A stretch of DNA of 20,000 bases from the IMG/VR virus record IMGVR_UViG_3300032038_000054. One strand, 5' to 3'. Shown here piece by piece: positions 8,550 through 15,744 of this stretch. Positions within the stretch are counted from its first letter, which is position 1. Every line of letters begins with the position of its first letter. The notes under the pieces were generated by a model. That model saw only the letters and a program-made list of their open reading frames with translations, was not told the origin of the DNA and did no database searches. Origin of the DNA: an uncultured virus (IMG/VR IMGVR_UViG_3300032038_000054) (taxonomy: Duplodnaviria > Heunggongvirae > Uroviricota > Caudoviricetes). Both the position numbers and the translations under genes were made by a program.

Positions 8550-9041
8550 TTACTTCTCTTGGTCTGCGTTTTGTACTGCTTCTAACGCTAAATCTTTCCT
8601 GTTTTTATATTGTTTACGTTTTCTTTTTGCTCTTTTTACGATGTATCGCTTGCCCTCCTTCTGTCCAAAAGGAGTCCTTGCGCCATAATATTGCTTATAC
8701 TCTGGATAGAGCGGAAGTACCTTTGCTATGGTTAAATCCTCAAGAGGTCTCCTTCCACATATGATTTCTCTAAGCATTTTAGCGCATTTAAACTGTAAAA
8801 CCCATCGGTAAACATGGTCTGCACCATTAGGGTTGATTTCGTTTTTAGGTATCTTAAAAAGCCTTCTATGTAGATAAAAACGCCCGATTCCTTTAATATC
8901 AAGGTCTGCTTCCGCAGGATTAGACATTAACTCTTCAACACCAACCCTAAGTGCCGTCAGTAACACTTCCTTTACCAAAGCACGAGGTATATTACTTTTT
9001 GTTTCCCTCGTTGTCTGGTCGCACCATTCTCCAAAAGTCAT
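8550..9041 (-). CDS. HU/IHF-like DNA-binding protein with a basic C-terminal tail
   Basis: The pattern LVKEVL...IKGIGRF...NP...LQFKCAKMLREII matches the HU/IHF fold. The C-terminus is K/R-rich. Confidence 0.55.
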   Translation of the reverse strand: MTFGEWCDQTTRETKSNIPRALVKEVLLTALRVGVEELMSNPAEADLDIKGIGRFYLHRRLFKIPKNEINPNGADHVYRWVLQFKCAKMLREIICGRRPLEDLTIAKVLPLYPEYKQYYGARTPFGQKEGKRYIVKRAKRKRKQYKNRKDLALEAVQNADQEK

Positions 9042-9050
9042 ATAATCACC

Positions 9051-10715
9051 TCAGAATCCTAAACTAGCTCTGCTAATTATCTCTACTTGAGAACTCTCAA
9101 AAGAATTTATATAAAGAGCTAACATAGCAAGAGCATCAACACCATCATCATGTTTATTCTTTCCCATTTGCACATAAGAAAGAACACCTTGCATGAATTT
9201 CTTGTACATATCCGTCCATTCGGAGGGGTCTTTAAATACTACATGCTTCTTTACCCAGTCCGAATTAACAATAATCTTTGTCTCTTTGTTTGTCGTGGTA
9301 TACTTCTTTGTTATAGAGCATCTTCCGCCTTTTTCGTTTACCAGACGTTGAACCTCGTTTCCTGTCCTAGAACCCTCTTTATTCGATTCAAACTGGCACA
9401 TCTGAACCTTATTCCTAACCAGACAGTTCGCATTTAGTTCATCTAACGTATATGGAGAGCCATTATCATACACAACATCTTCAAGATAGAACTTCTTTCC
9501 GTAGCCATAAACAACTAACAAACAGTTAAAGTCAGTTCCTACGTCCTTTGTATCACATACGCCTAATATAGAGTCGGCTTCTTTTGTCTTGCCTTCATCG
9601 TCACAAGGAAGCCCGCCAAGATAGAACTGTAATTCCTCTTTCTTATAAAGTAATCCTTCTCTTTCAATCGGGTCTGACATATATAAGCACTTAAAGGTGA
9701 TTTCATCCATGACATTTTCCATTTCTTTGAAATAGAAAGTATCAAACCCCTTATCGTATTTATAATCAAACTGACTTTCCCCGTTTTCATCATAGCAACC
9801 ATAAGCCAAGAATCGCGCTCTGTCATTACCTTCATTTTCCCTTATAAAGTGACCTATGGGGTCATGCACAGACCATCTGGTAGCTATTGATATTTCCTTA
9901 CACCCTTTTATTCGTCTTGATTTTGCATCGTTCACGTATTTCTGATAAAGGTTTTCAAGTCTTTGTACGTTCATAGCTTCTTCTGTTCCCGAAACCAAGT
10001 CATCACTCAAGATAATGCCACTTGCTCTCGTTACACCCGTCATTGAAGCATCAATTGAACGACACGTAAGAGATTTAAAGGGCTTATAGCTATTAAGGTT
10101 TATATATTTTTCTTTATCAGACCTTGATTCAAGTTTTACATTGGGGAATATCTCTTCCCATGCATATTCTCCGCTAAACATTATGTCACACATCGAACGA
10201 TGAAACATATCTGCGATTGTTCCTGTATAGGAAACATAAAGATTGAAACTATCTGGGAACAAGCCCATATAGAAAGATAAAAAGAACTCGGCAAGAGTTG
10301 TTTTGCCTGCCCCCGGAACTACTGAAACCGTTAATATATCGAGCTTATCGTCTAATATGTCTTGAAAACCTTGTACAATACCCAGTTTATTCTTTAATAT
10401 TTCTCTTCTAGGCAAATAAAATTGAGCATCTGGTTCTCTTTTATGTTCAAGAAATATCATGTAAGAGTCAAAATCCTTAAAATACCTTGCAAGATATTTC
10501 AAGGATAGAAGGTATACTTCATAAAAGGCGGGGTTCTTTACGGTCTGAACCAGTGCAATATTCCTGCCTTTTTCGCATACCCTACGTCCTTCTTCTTCAT
10601 CATTATCTGCAAGGTAGATATTTTGCCCCATTTCTATAAAATCTTTTAGACGCTTCGGATTCGTCTTTAAATCTGGGGATAATTCTAATCGTTTGATAAT
10701 CGTTTTATTATTCAT
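9051..10715 (-). CDS. terL: Terminase large subunit
   Basis: Walker A PGAGKT, Walker B-like ILSDD, ATRW coupling motif, and C-terminal nuclease motif HDDGVDAL. Confidence 0.92.
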   Translation of the reverse strand: MNNKTIIKRLELSPDLKTNPKRLKDFIEMGQNIYLADNDEEEGRRVCEKGRNIALVQTVKNPAFYEVYLLSLKYLARYFKDFDSYMIFLEHKREPDAQFYLPRREILKNKLGIVQGFQDILDDKLDILTVSVVPGAGKTTLAEFFLSFYMGLFPDSFNLYVSYTGTIADMFHRSMCDIMFSGEYAWEEIFPNVKLESRSDKEKYINLNSYKPFKSLTCRSIDASMTGVTRASGIILSDDLVSGTEEAMNVQRLENLYQKYVNDAKSRRIKGCKEISIATRWSVHDPIGHFIRENEGNDRARFLAYGCYDENGESQFDYKYDKGFDTFYFKEMENVMDEITFKCLYMSDPIEREGLLYKKEELQFYLGGLPCDDEGKTKEADSILGVCDTKDVGTDFNCLLVVYGYGKKFYLEDVVYDNGSPYTLDELNANCLVRNKVQMCQFESNKEGSRTGNEVQRLVNEKGGRCSITKKYTTTNKETKIIVNSDWVKKHVVFKDPSEWTDMYKKFMQGVLSYVQMGKNKHDDGVDALAMLALYINSFESSQVEIISRASLGF

Positions 10716-10957
10716 ATTATTGGCATATCGTATTTTGCTTCGGAATCCATGGAATCATGCAATTCTGAAAGAATTTCTGTAGCTCTCGATTCTCTTTTGT
10801 ATTGTCCTAGCAGATACGCAACCTCCCCGCCTAAATTTAGCAAGAAAAGTCCATAGGCGCTATTATCAACGTCTACCAACTTGCTCTCTTGAATATATAC
10901 ACCTAAAAATTTACTTGTATCGTAAATCGCTTTTCCATCTTGCGTCTTTATAAACAT
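10712..10957 (-). CDS. Hypothetical protein
   Basis: 81 aa with an ATGA overlap onto terL. Composition is typical of small phage proteins. Confidence 0.7.
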   Translation of the reverse strand: MFIKTQDGKAIYDTSKFLGVYIQESKLVDVDNSAYGLFLLNLGGEVAYLLGQYKRESRATEILSELHDSMDSEAKYDMPII

Positions 10958-11013
10958 TAAATCAACAGCAAAGCGCCACCCGCTTTTACACGAATGGCGC
11001 TTCGGCTCTCCTT

Positions 11014-11337
11014 TTATTTTATTTCAACGGGCAAATCTGCTAGCTTATACTGCTTCCATTCGCCACCAAAATAAATACTTGCATCTTCTCCATTGATAAG
11101 ACCTTTATATGGTCTGCCCTTCCAGAAATAAGCAAAATCTTCTAAAAATACAAAAGTTACCTGTTTTAAGTCCGAAGGTATCTCGTAGCTTGTCTGAGTT
11201 TCGCCGCTAATACCTTGCATGACTAAATCATGGAACAGAGCGCTCCTAGTGGTATTATTTCGCTTAACGTACCAATCAATCTTATCAATCTCGTCCTCTG
11301 TGAATTTACTTGCTACTGTTATAGACTTACCCATCAT
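11014..11337 (-). CDS. Ribbon-helix-helix (CopG-like) domain protein
   Basis: N-terminal TVASKFTEDEIDKIDWYVKRNNTTRSALFHDLV has a beta-alpha-alpha pattern. RBS AAGGAGG. Confidence 0.6.
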   Translation of the reverse strand: MMGKSITVASKFTEDEIDKIDWYVKRNNTTRSALFHDLVMQGISGETQTSYEIPSDLKQVTFVFLEDFAYFWKGRPYKGLINGEDASIYFGGEWKQYKLADLPVEIK

Positions 11338-11345
11338 ACTCCTCC

Positions 11346-11948
11346 TTAATCAACGTCAATGATATCGCCCTCTATCAAGGGTATATCATCCATAGGTATT
11401 CTGTTTGCAATATCTGCAATGTTTGTCTCGACTTGCTGTAATGAAATGTTTGAATTGATAGTTGTTTCTGTTCTTGCTTGAACGTAGTCATGGTTATTAT
11501 TCATATCCTGCATGAACGCCAATGAATTAATAAGCCCCGCGTAAGCATTTTGCTTTTTACATCCTGCAATCGCTGTAGCGATATTATTAGCAACTTCTGC
11601 AAGTTCTACATCCTCAGACCTTCTATACTTCAAAAAAACAGGTCTTGAGATTTTTGCGAACGTACAGAAGTCCTCTATATCTGGAATTATAGTAACTTCA
11701 TTTTCATTCGCTTCTACAATATTTTCAAAGTATTCTCTGGCTTTTTCATAGAGAGTCTCTGCATTATATGTGACTCTTTTTCGCTTGTTCTGTATGGTAA
11801 TCTCTTCACCAGTTTCAATCACTCCGAACATGTTCTCAAGCTGTCTTTTTGCAAGGTCTACATTCCATTGTCTACGTTTTTCGTCCTTATTAAGCGCTTT
11901 GCCTCTATTGTAGTCTACGCCTCGCTTTTTACTGTAATTAGCCATCAT
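11346..11948 (-). CDS. Terminase small subunit (putative)
   Basis: YNAETLYEKAREYF...PDIEDFCTFAKISR HTH resembles P22 gp3-type small terminases. Located upstream of terL. Confidence 0.65.
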   Translation of the reverse strand: MMANYSKKRGVDYNRGKALNKDEKRRQWNVDLAKRQLENMFGVIETGEEITIQNKRKRVTYNAETLYEKAREYFENIVEANENEVTIIPDIEDFCTFAKISRPVFLKYRRSEDVELAEVANNIATAIAGCKKQNAYAGLINSLAFMQDMNNNHDYVQARTETTINSNISLQQVETNIADIANRIPMDDIPLIEGDIIDVD

Positions 11949-11954
11949 AGCCTC

Positions 11955-12119
11955 CTACACGTTTACTAAAAATACTTTTTTGCAATTACTTCCCTTACAT
12001 TTAACAGGAAGGTTTTTTATTTTTGTGTCATCTCGCAGTAAAAGTGTTTTCTTACCGCAATATGGGCAACACACCCACTCTTGTCCGTTGTTATCTTCTC
12101 TAATAGTACCCTCTTTCAT
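11955..12119 (-). CDS. Cysteine-rich KTR-like zinc-ribbon protein (54 aa)
   Basis: Not in the ORF track. MKEGTIREDNNGQEWVCCPYCGKKTLLLRDDTKIKNLPVKCKGSNCKKVFLVNV, with an ATGA overlap on the upstream gene. Confidence 0.75.
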   Translation of the reverse strand: MKEGTIREDNNGQEWVCCPYCGKKTLLLRDDTKIKNLPVKCKGSNCKKVFLVNV

Positions 12120-12337
12120 CTGTTAATCCTCTTCATGGCATCGTTAAGCTGTTTACATTCTACTACAAGTTCCTCTTCGGTCTCAAATAAATCGCTTTCC
12201 TTGAAATATTCATTGCCATACTTCGTATGAACATAATATAATTTAGAGCTATCGGGCATTATTATTTCTTTCATCGTCACAAATCTTACTATCTCTGCGT
12301 TGTAGTCCTTTACTACTATTACATACCCTTCCCTCAT
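12116..12337 (-). CDS. Hypothetical protein
   Basis: 73 aa with RBS AAGGGG, in operon order. Confidence 0.7.
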   Translation of the reverse strand: MREGYVIVVKDYNAEIVRFVTMKEIIMPDSSKLYYVHTKYGNEYFKESDLFETEEELVVECKQLNDAMKRINR

Positions 12338-12349
12338 AATTAATCCCCT

Positions 12350-12778
12350 TTATTTCGTTCCAGTAGAACCTATGCCGCCCCTATCTGAGTTTCCGAGCGT
12401 TTCAACCTCTTCAAATTCTATTGTAGGCTGATGCTCAAAAATCCTAAACTGACAGATTCGGGTGTTTTTCTCTATGAATGTGTCTTCTGTTGCGTATGCG
12501 GGAAAACACCACTGGTCGTTATCACCGCAATAAGATTCATCAATGATACCTACGCTGTTTGAAAGAAGAATCTTATGCTTTTTGTAAGTAGAACTACGAG
12601 GATATACATGAGCTTCATAGCCTTTAGGTAGCTCCATTGCGATTCCAAGAGGAATCAGCTTAAGCTCTCCCTTCTTAATCACGGTATCTTCAGCACACCT
12701 CAAATCAATAAGGTCTCCTACTGAAATCTTCTCAATCTTATCAATGTCTTTGCTTAAATACTTAATCCTTATCTTCAT
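12350..12778 (-). CDS. dut: Trimeric dUTPase
   Basis: Motifs PRSS, GIIDESY, RICQ and C-terminal RGGIGSTG. Confidence 0.95.
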   Translation of the reverse strand: MKIRIKYLSKDIDKIEKISVGDLIDLRCAEDTVIKKGELKLIPLGIAMELPKGYEAHVYPRSSTYKKHKILLSNSVGIIDESYCGDNDQWCFPAYATEDTFIEKNTRICQFRIFEHQPTIEFEEVETLGNSDRGGIGSTGTK

Positions 12779-13118
12779 TCTCTAACTCCTGTTCACTAAG
12801 TTTTATTCGCACATCTTCGTAAGATGCAACTATTTTAGGTATCAGCCATGCAATCCACTCTACAAGGTTCTCGTCATCATCATAATGAGTGCCTGTTTCT
12901 CGGCTGTAAGCATGAACTAATTCGTGCAACAGAACTTCCTTCACCGCTACAAGGCGTTCCTCGTCTGTTACGTCTCCTTCAAGAATAATCTCTGGTTTTC
13001 TAACAATGATTTCGTGCAGATAGCACTTACATAACCCCGCTTTATCCAACAACAGCGGATTACGTAAGTCGTCTAATTTGACTTGGTACTCCGTACCTAA
13101 GATGTTTGTAGATACCAT
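12762..13118 (-). CDS. HEXXH zinc metallopeptidase-like protein (118 aa)
   Basis: Contains LLHELVHAY...ENLVE. The start was moved to the ATG at 13118 (MVSTNILG), which follows a purine-rich RBS. Confidence 0.7.
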   Translation of the reverse strand: MVSTNILGTEYQVKLDDLRNPLLLDKAGLCKCYLHEIIVRKPEIILEGDVTDEERLVAVKEVLLHELVHAYSRETGTHYDDDENLVEWIAWLIPKIVASYEDVRIKLSEQELENEDKD

Positions 13119-13313
13119 ATGCCCCCTTTCCCTCCTTATAGGAGGTGACGCGCATAGCCCCTTACAATAAGTTACCATGCGCGTCCATACATACAACGTT
13201 ATAAACAAAAGACCACTGATAGTGGCGAATTAGTTACTAGGCTTTGACACCTAGTAACCGTCACGAAAGGAAAGACAATCACGCCGCATCAGTTTCCCCA
13301 AACCTTACGGCGA

Positions 13314-13357
13314 AGATGCGGGTAGGAATCGAACCTACCTTAAGACCAAGCGCATCT
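13314..13357 (-). ncRNA. tRNA-like minihelix 1 (acceptor stem + T-arm only)
   Basis: AGATGCG-CTTGGTCTTAA-GGTAGG-TTCGATT-CCTACC-CGCATCT. Confidence 0.65.
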
Positions 13358-13415
13358 GCCTCAACAGAAAGGATAAAAAATATGAAAAAACCCACACCCA
13401 TCCAAAAGACAGGAA

Positions 13416-13455
13416 GCCGTAGGCGAGAGTTGAACTCGCATAACCCATCTACAGC
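13416..13455 (-). ncRNA. tRNA-like minihelix 2 (acceptor stem + T-arm only)
   Basis: GCTGTAG-ATGGGTTAT-GCGAG-TTCAACT-CTCGC-CTACGGC, a canonical 7+5 bp stack. Confidence 0.7.
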
Positions 13456-13480
13456 ATCACATTTCAATAAACCTTTACTG

Positions 13481-13590
13481 CGCCAGACTTGCAGTGTTTT
13501 AAACTTATCAATGTGTCGTATAAAGTATGCGCCGTCGAAAAATCTTGATTGCTAGATTTTAAGTATACTTTACACATAAGTTTTTTGGCG
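13481..13590 (-). ncRNA. Long bulged hairpin RNA of unknown type
   Basis: Nested inverted repeats: CGCCA/TGGCG, AAACTTAT/ATAAGTTT, ATGTGT/ACACAT, TAAAGTAT/ATACTTTA and AAAATCT/AGATTTT. Confidence 0.5.
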
Positions 13591-13622
13591 TTGATGCAAT
13601 CATTTAATGCTACCAAGGTATA

Positions 13623-13681
13623 ATGCGACGGTAGGAGTCGAACCTACGTCATGTTTCGTTCTGCCGTTGAACTACGTCGCA
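13623..13681 (-). ncRNA. tRNA-like RNA lacking the anticodon arm
   Basis: TGCGACG-TA-GTTC-AACGGCA-GAAC-GAAACATGAC-GTAGG-TTCGACT-CCTAC-CGTCGCA. Acceptor, D and T arms are perfect, and a 10-nt linker replaces the anticodon arm and variable loop. Confidence 0.75.
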
Positions 13682-13753
13682 CCTAATGCTCAGATATTTT
13701 GAGGGGGAATATCTGAAAAGGTAGAACCAAATGGCAAACTGGTTTCCCAGTGA

Positions 13754-13824
13754 CGGCGCTGATAGGAGTTGAACCTACGTCTAGGCAGTCAAAGTGCCAT
13801 GCACTACCGTTGTGCTACAGCGCT
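13754..13824 (-). tRNA. tRNA-Gln(TTG)
   Basis: AGCGCTG-TA-GCAC-AACGGTA-GTGC-A-TGGCA-CTTTGAC-TGCCT-AGAC-GTAGG-TTCAACT-CCTAT-CAGCGCC-G. It has a 1:72 mismatch, a G discriminator and no encoded CCA. Confidence 0.88.
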
Positions 13825-13827
13825 ATC

Positions 13828-13998
13828 TCATCTATTAGTAGTATACCTCATATTTGATGATAAGTAAACCTTTTCTTTTAATTTTTCTTCCCAATGTTTA
13901 CAAGACATTTTATCATCAGTAAGATTATATCGCTCATCGCTATTCCTACAACAACAAACGCCGCACGTATGCCATCTACAAGTATTACATTCTTTCAT
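13828..13998 (-). CDS. Small Cys-rich protein (56 aa)
   Basis: Not in the ORF track. MKECNTCRWHTCGVCCCRNSDERYNLTDDKMSCKHWEEK..., with RBS GAGGTG. Confidence 0.6.
   Translation of the reverse strand: MKECNTCRWHTCGVCCCRNSDERYNLTDDKMSCKHWEEKLKEKVYLSSNMRYTTNR
13840..13868 (-). promoter_or_regulatory. Putative promoter of the tRNA/sRNA cluster
   Basis: TTTACT, a 17-nt spacer, then TATACT ending 15 nt upstream of the tRNA-Gln 5' end. Confidence 0.5.
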
Positions 13999-14164
13999 TT
14001 ACACACCTCGTCTTTTTCTGTCTAAACTGCTTAAACCAATTACAGATGCCGTCGCTTTCTACTTCGTCATTTTTCAACTTACAAAAATAATACGGGCGTT
14101 CTTCTTCGCCATCCCACTCATAATTAAAGTCACAATAAGAGCAATCACTGCATTGCAGACGCAT
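13985..14164 (-). CDS. Small Cys-rich protein
   Basis: CSDCSYC...C...C pattern. ATG at 14164 follows GAGAGG. Confidence 0.65.
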   Translation of the reverse strand: MRLQCSDCSYCDFNYEWDGEEERPYYFCKLKNDEVESDGICNWFKQFRQKKTRCVNERM

Positions 14165-14318
14165 CTTCAATCAACCTCTCTACATCACTATACTTTGCGG
14201 CATATACGTCCAGTTTACTGCCCGCATTGACAGTTAAAAGCACTTCGTCATTCCCATTGGGCGTTATCCTTACAATATACCTCTCGTTTACCCATCCACC
14301 GTTTAATATCTTAATCAT
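14145..14318 (-). CDS. Hypothetical protein (57 aa)
   Basis: Not in the ORF track. MIKILNGGWVNERYIVRITPNGNDEVLLTV..., with RBS AAGGAGG. It fills the gap in the operon. Confidence 0.7.
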   Translation of the reverse strand: MIKILNGGWVNERYIVRITPNGNDEVLLTVNAGSKLDVYAAKYSDVERLIEDASAMQ

Positions 14319-14541
14319 AATACCTCCTTATCTCGTTAGCGACATAATCCTGCACCCATTCCCTTGTCGCTAAATCGCCTATATCTGTCGTTGAGCGATG
14401 CTTTAATGAGTTTATCAAGTCTTCACCCAAGCTATCAAGAAGAGTAAACCAATATCCATCCTCATGCCCGTCTCTCCTAGCAAGCCTCTTTTTATCCGCA
14501 ATCCTTTTTCTAATATCCTCTTTCTTAATCGAAGTAAACAT
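14311..14541 (-). CDS. Hypothetical protein
   Basis: 76 aa with RBS AAGGGGG. Overlaps both neighbours. Confidence 0.7.
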   Translation of the reverse strand: MFTSIKKEDIRKRIADKKRLARRDGHEDGYWFTLLDSLGEDLINSLKHRSTTDIGDLATREWVQDYVANEIRRYYD

Positions 14542-14743
14542 ACTTTACCCCCTTCACTCTATATCTTGACCTACCCTTAAGCTCTATATCGCCTCTTTTT
14601 ACCAGATTAGAGAAGTGTCTATGCACGGATGCTATACTAGACAATCCTATACCCTCGCCTATGTCTCTCATGGTAGGTGTAACGCCCTCTCTTATCATAT
14701 AGGCTTTAATAAACTCTAAGACTTCATCTCGCTTCACGCCCAA
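14525..14743 (-). CDS. LexA-type winged-helix DNA-binding protein (no peptidase domain)
   Basis: EVLEFIKAYMIREGVTPTMRDIGEGIGLSSIASVHRHFSNLVKRGDI matches the LexA N-terminal domain. The protein is only 72 aa. Confidence 0.8.
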   Translation of the reverse strand: MGVKRDEVLEFIKAYMIREGVTPTMRDIGEGIGLSSIASVHRHFSNLVKRGDIELKGRSRYRVKGVKYVYFD

Positions 14744-15144
14744 TCCTCCGTTCCTTTATCCATATCATACAGGCTCTCAATCACTCTTCGCTTCATCTCG
14801 TCCTTCTTCTTATCCGTGACCTCTAAGGCATCAATCACTTCATCAACCGATATATAGTCCTCTTCGATGACCTTATTCTGATATCTGAACTTACCTTCCT
14901 CATCACGATAGATTAACTCTTTATCAAGCAGAAATCTGAATATCTTGGCTAAATGCCCTACATCAGTGCCTATCTCTTCCGCTATCTCGTCAAATAGCCC
15001 GACATTCCATCCCATTAGTTTACCTCTTATTACCTCAGATAAGCTCAGACCAGTCATACTCGCTTCATCCCGTAGCATCTTCATCTGTTCACTGTTTACT
15101 CTCACTCTAAGAGTCTCACACAAATCTTCTGTTGGTCTGCTCAT
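14734..15144 (-). CDS. RHH-domain DNA-binding protein
   Basis: N-terminal TLRVRVNSEQMKMLRDEASMTGLSLSEVIRGKL (CopG/MobC-like), with a possible wHTH in the middle. Confidence 0.6.
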   Translation of the reverse strand: MSRPTEDLCETLRVRVNSEQMKMLRDEASMTGLSLSEVIRGKLMGWNVGLFDEIAEEIGTDVGHLAKIFRFLLDKELIYRDEEGKFRYQNKVIEEDYISVDEVIDALEVTDKKKDEMKRRVIESLYDMDKGTEDWA

Positions 15145-15331
15145 TTCTTATCTCCCTTAATGCTCTATAAATCTCTTTTTCATCACACCCACCTTGCTCT
15201 GCCCTGTCAATGGTCTCTACAAGGTATTTTAAGGCATCTATGCTCTTTATCGCCATATTTATAGCCCATTCTTTCTCCGCGGGTGATACTGGCTCTCCAT
15301 TTAGTATCTCTTTAGCCCTCTTTGTCCACAT
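15116..15331 (-). CDS. Hypothetical protein
   Basis: 71 aa with RBS AAGGAGG. Confidence 0.7.
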   Translation of the reverse strand: MWTKRAKEILNGEPVSPAEKEWAINMAIKSIDALKYLVETIDRAEQGGCDEKEIYRALREIRNEQTNRRFV

Positions 15332-15340
15332 AAGTCCTCC

Positions 15341-15472
15341 TTATATTTCATAAAAATTGCATGTTTTTTTCATGTTTATTTCATAAGAACTTCTGCTTTA
15401 TTTCCTAAAAATTTCATGTTTATTGCATGGTTTTTTCATGTTTTTCTCATGGTTATTGCATCAATTTTGCAC
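15341..15472. repeat. Degenerate 11-bp tandem repeat, about 12 units (consensus about GTTTWTTKCAT)
   Basis: CAT starts at 15349, 15360, 15371, 15382, 15415, 15426, 15437, 15448 and 15459, an exact 11-bp register. Degenerate units fill 15393, 15404 and 15470. Confidence 0.8.
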
Positions 15473-15717
15473 TCTAGCAATGCTTCCAGTACATCGTCTG
15501 CATCATCTACCAATATCCCGCCTACTGGATTAAACCATGGTGTCTTCCTAAACTCCATAAGCGTTACTGGTGTCGGTATGTCTACGTCTTCTGCCATACG
15601 TATCACGTTCTTTTTCCTTTCCTCGTTGACAACCAAGATTCTCTTTCCTGTCTCGTGGCTCATCGCGATGAGTGCTTTCGTCTTTCCAAGTCCTTTTCCT
15701 CTTATTATCTTTCTCAT
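15436..15717 (-). CDS. Minimal P-loop NTPase-like protein (93 aa)
   Basis: True start is MRKIIRGKGLGKT, after AGAAAGGAG. Walker A-like GKGLGKT and Walker B-like ILVDD. Confidence 0.7.
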   Translation of the reverse strand: MRKIIRGKGLGKTKALIAMSHETGKRILVVNEERKKNVIRMAEDVDIPTPVTLMEFRKTPWFNPVGGILVDDADDVLEALLECKIDAITMRKT

Positions 15718-15744
15718 AACTCTCCTTTCTATTTGCAAAATGAG

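Noticed and set aside
492..9835. Plus-strand and alternative-frame ORFs within the structural operon (e.g. 492-695, 834-1064, 859-1128, 1829-2080, 2765-3124, 5437-5817, 7197-7427, 9563-9835)
   Set aside because: They are shadows of well-supported minus-strand genes and lack RBSs.
13213..13300. Hammerhead ribozyme (CTGAT and GAAA words present)
   Set aside because: No complete CUGANGA core in the correct order with the three helices.
13244..13555. ORFs 13244-13555 (+) and 13279-13467 (-)
   Set aside because: They overlap the tRNA-like structures and the products are not protein-like. The plus-strand RBS+ATG at 13382 is treated as an antisense element, although translation is not excluded.
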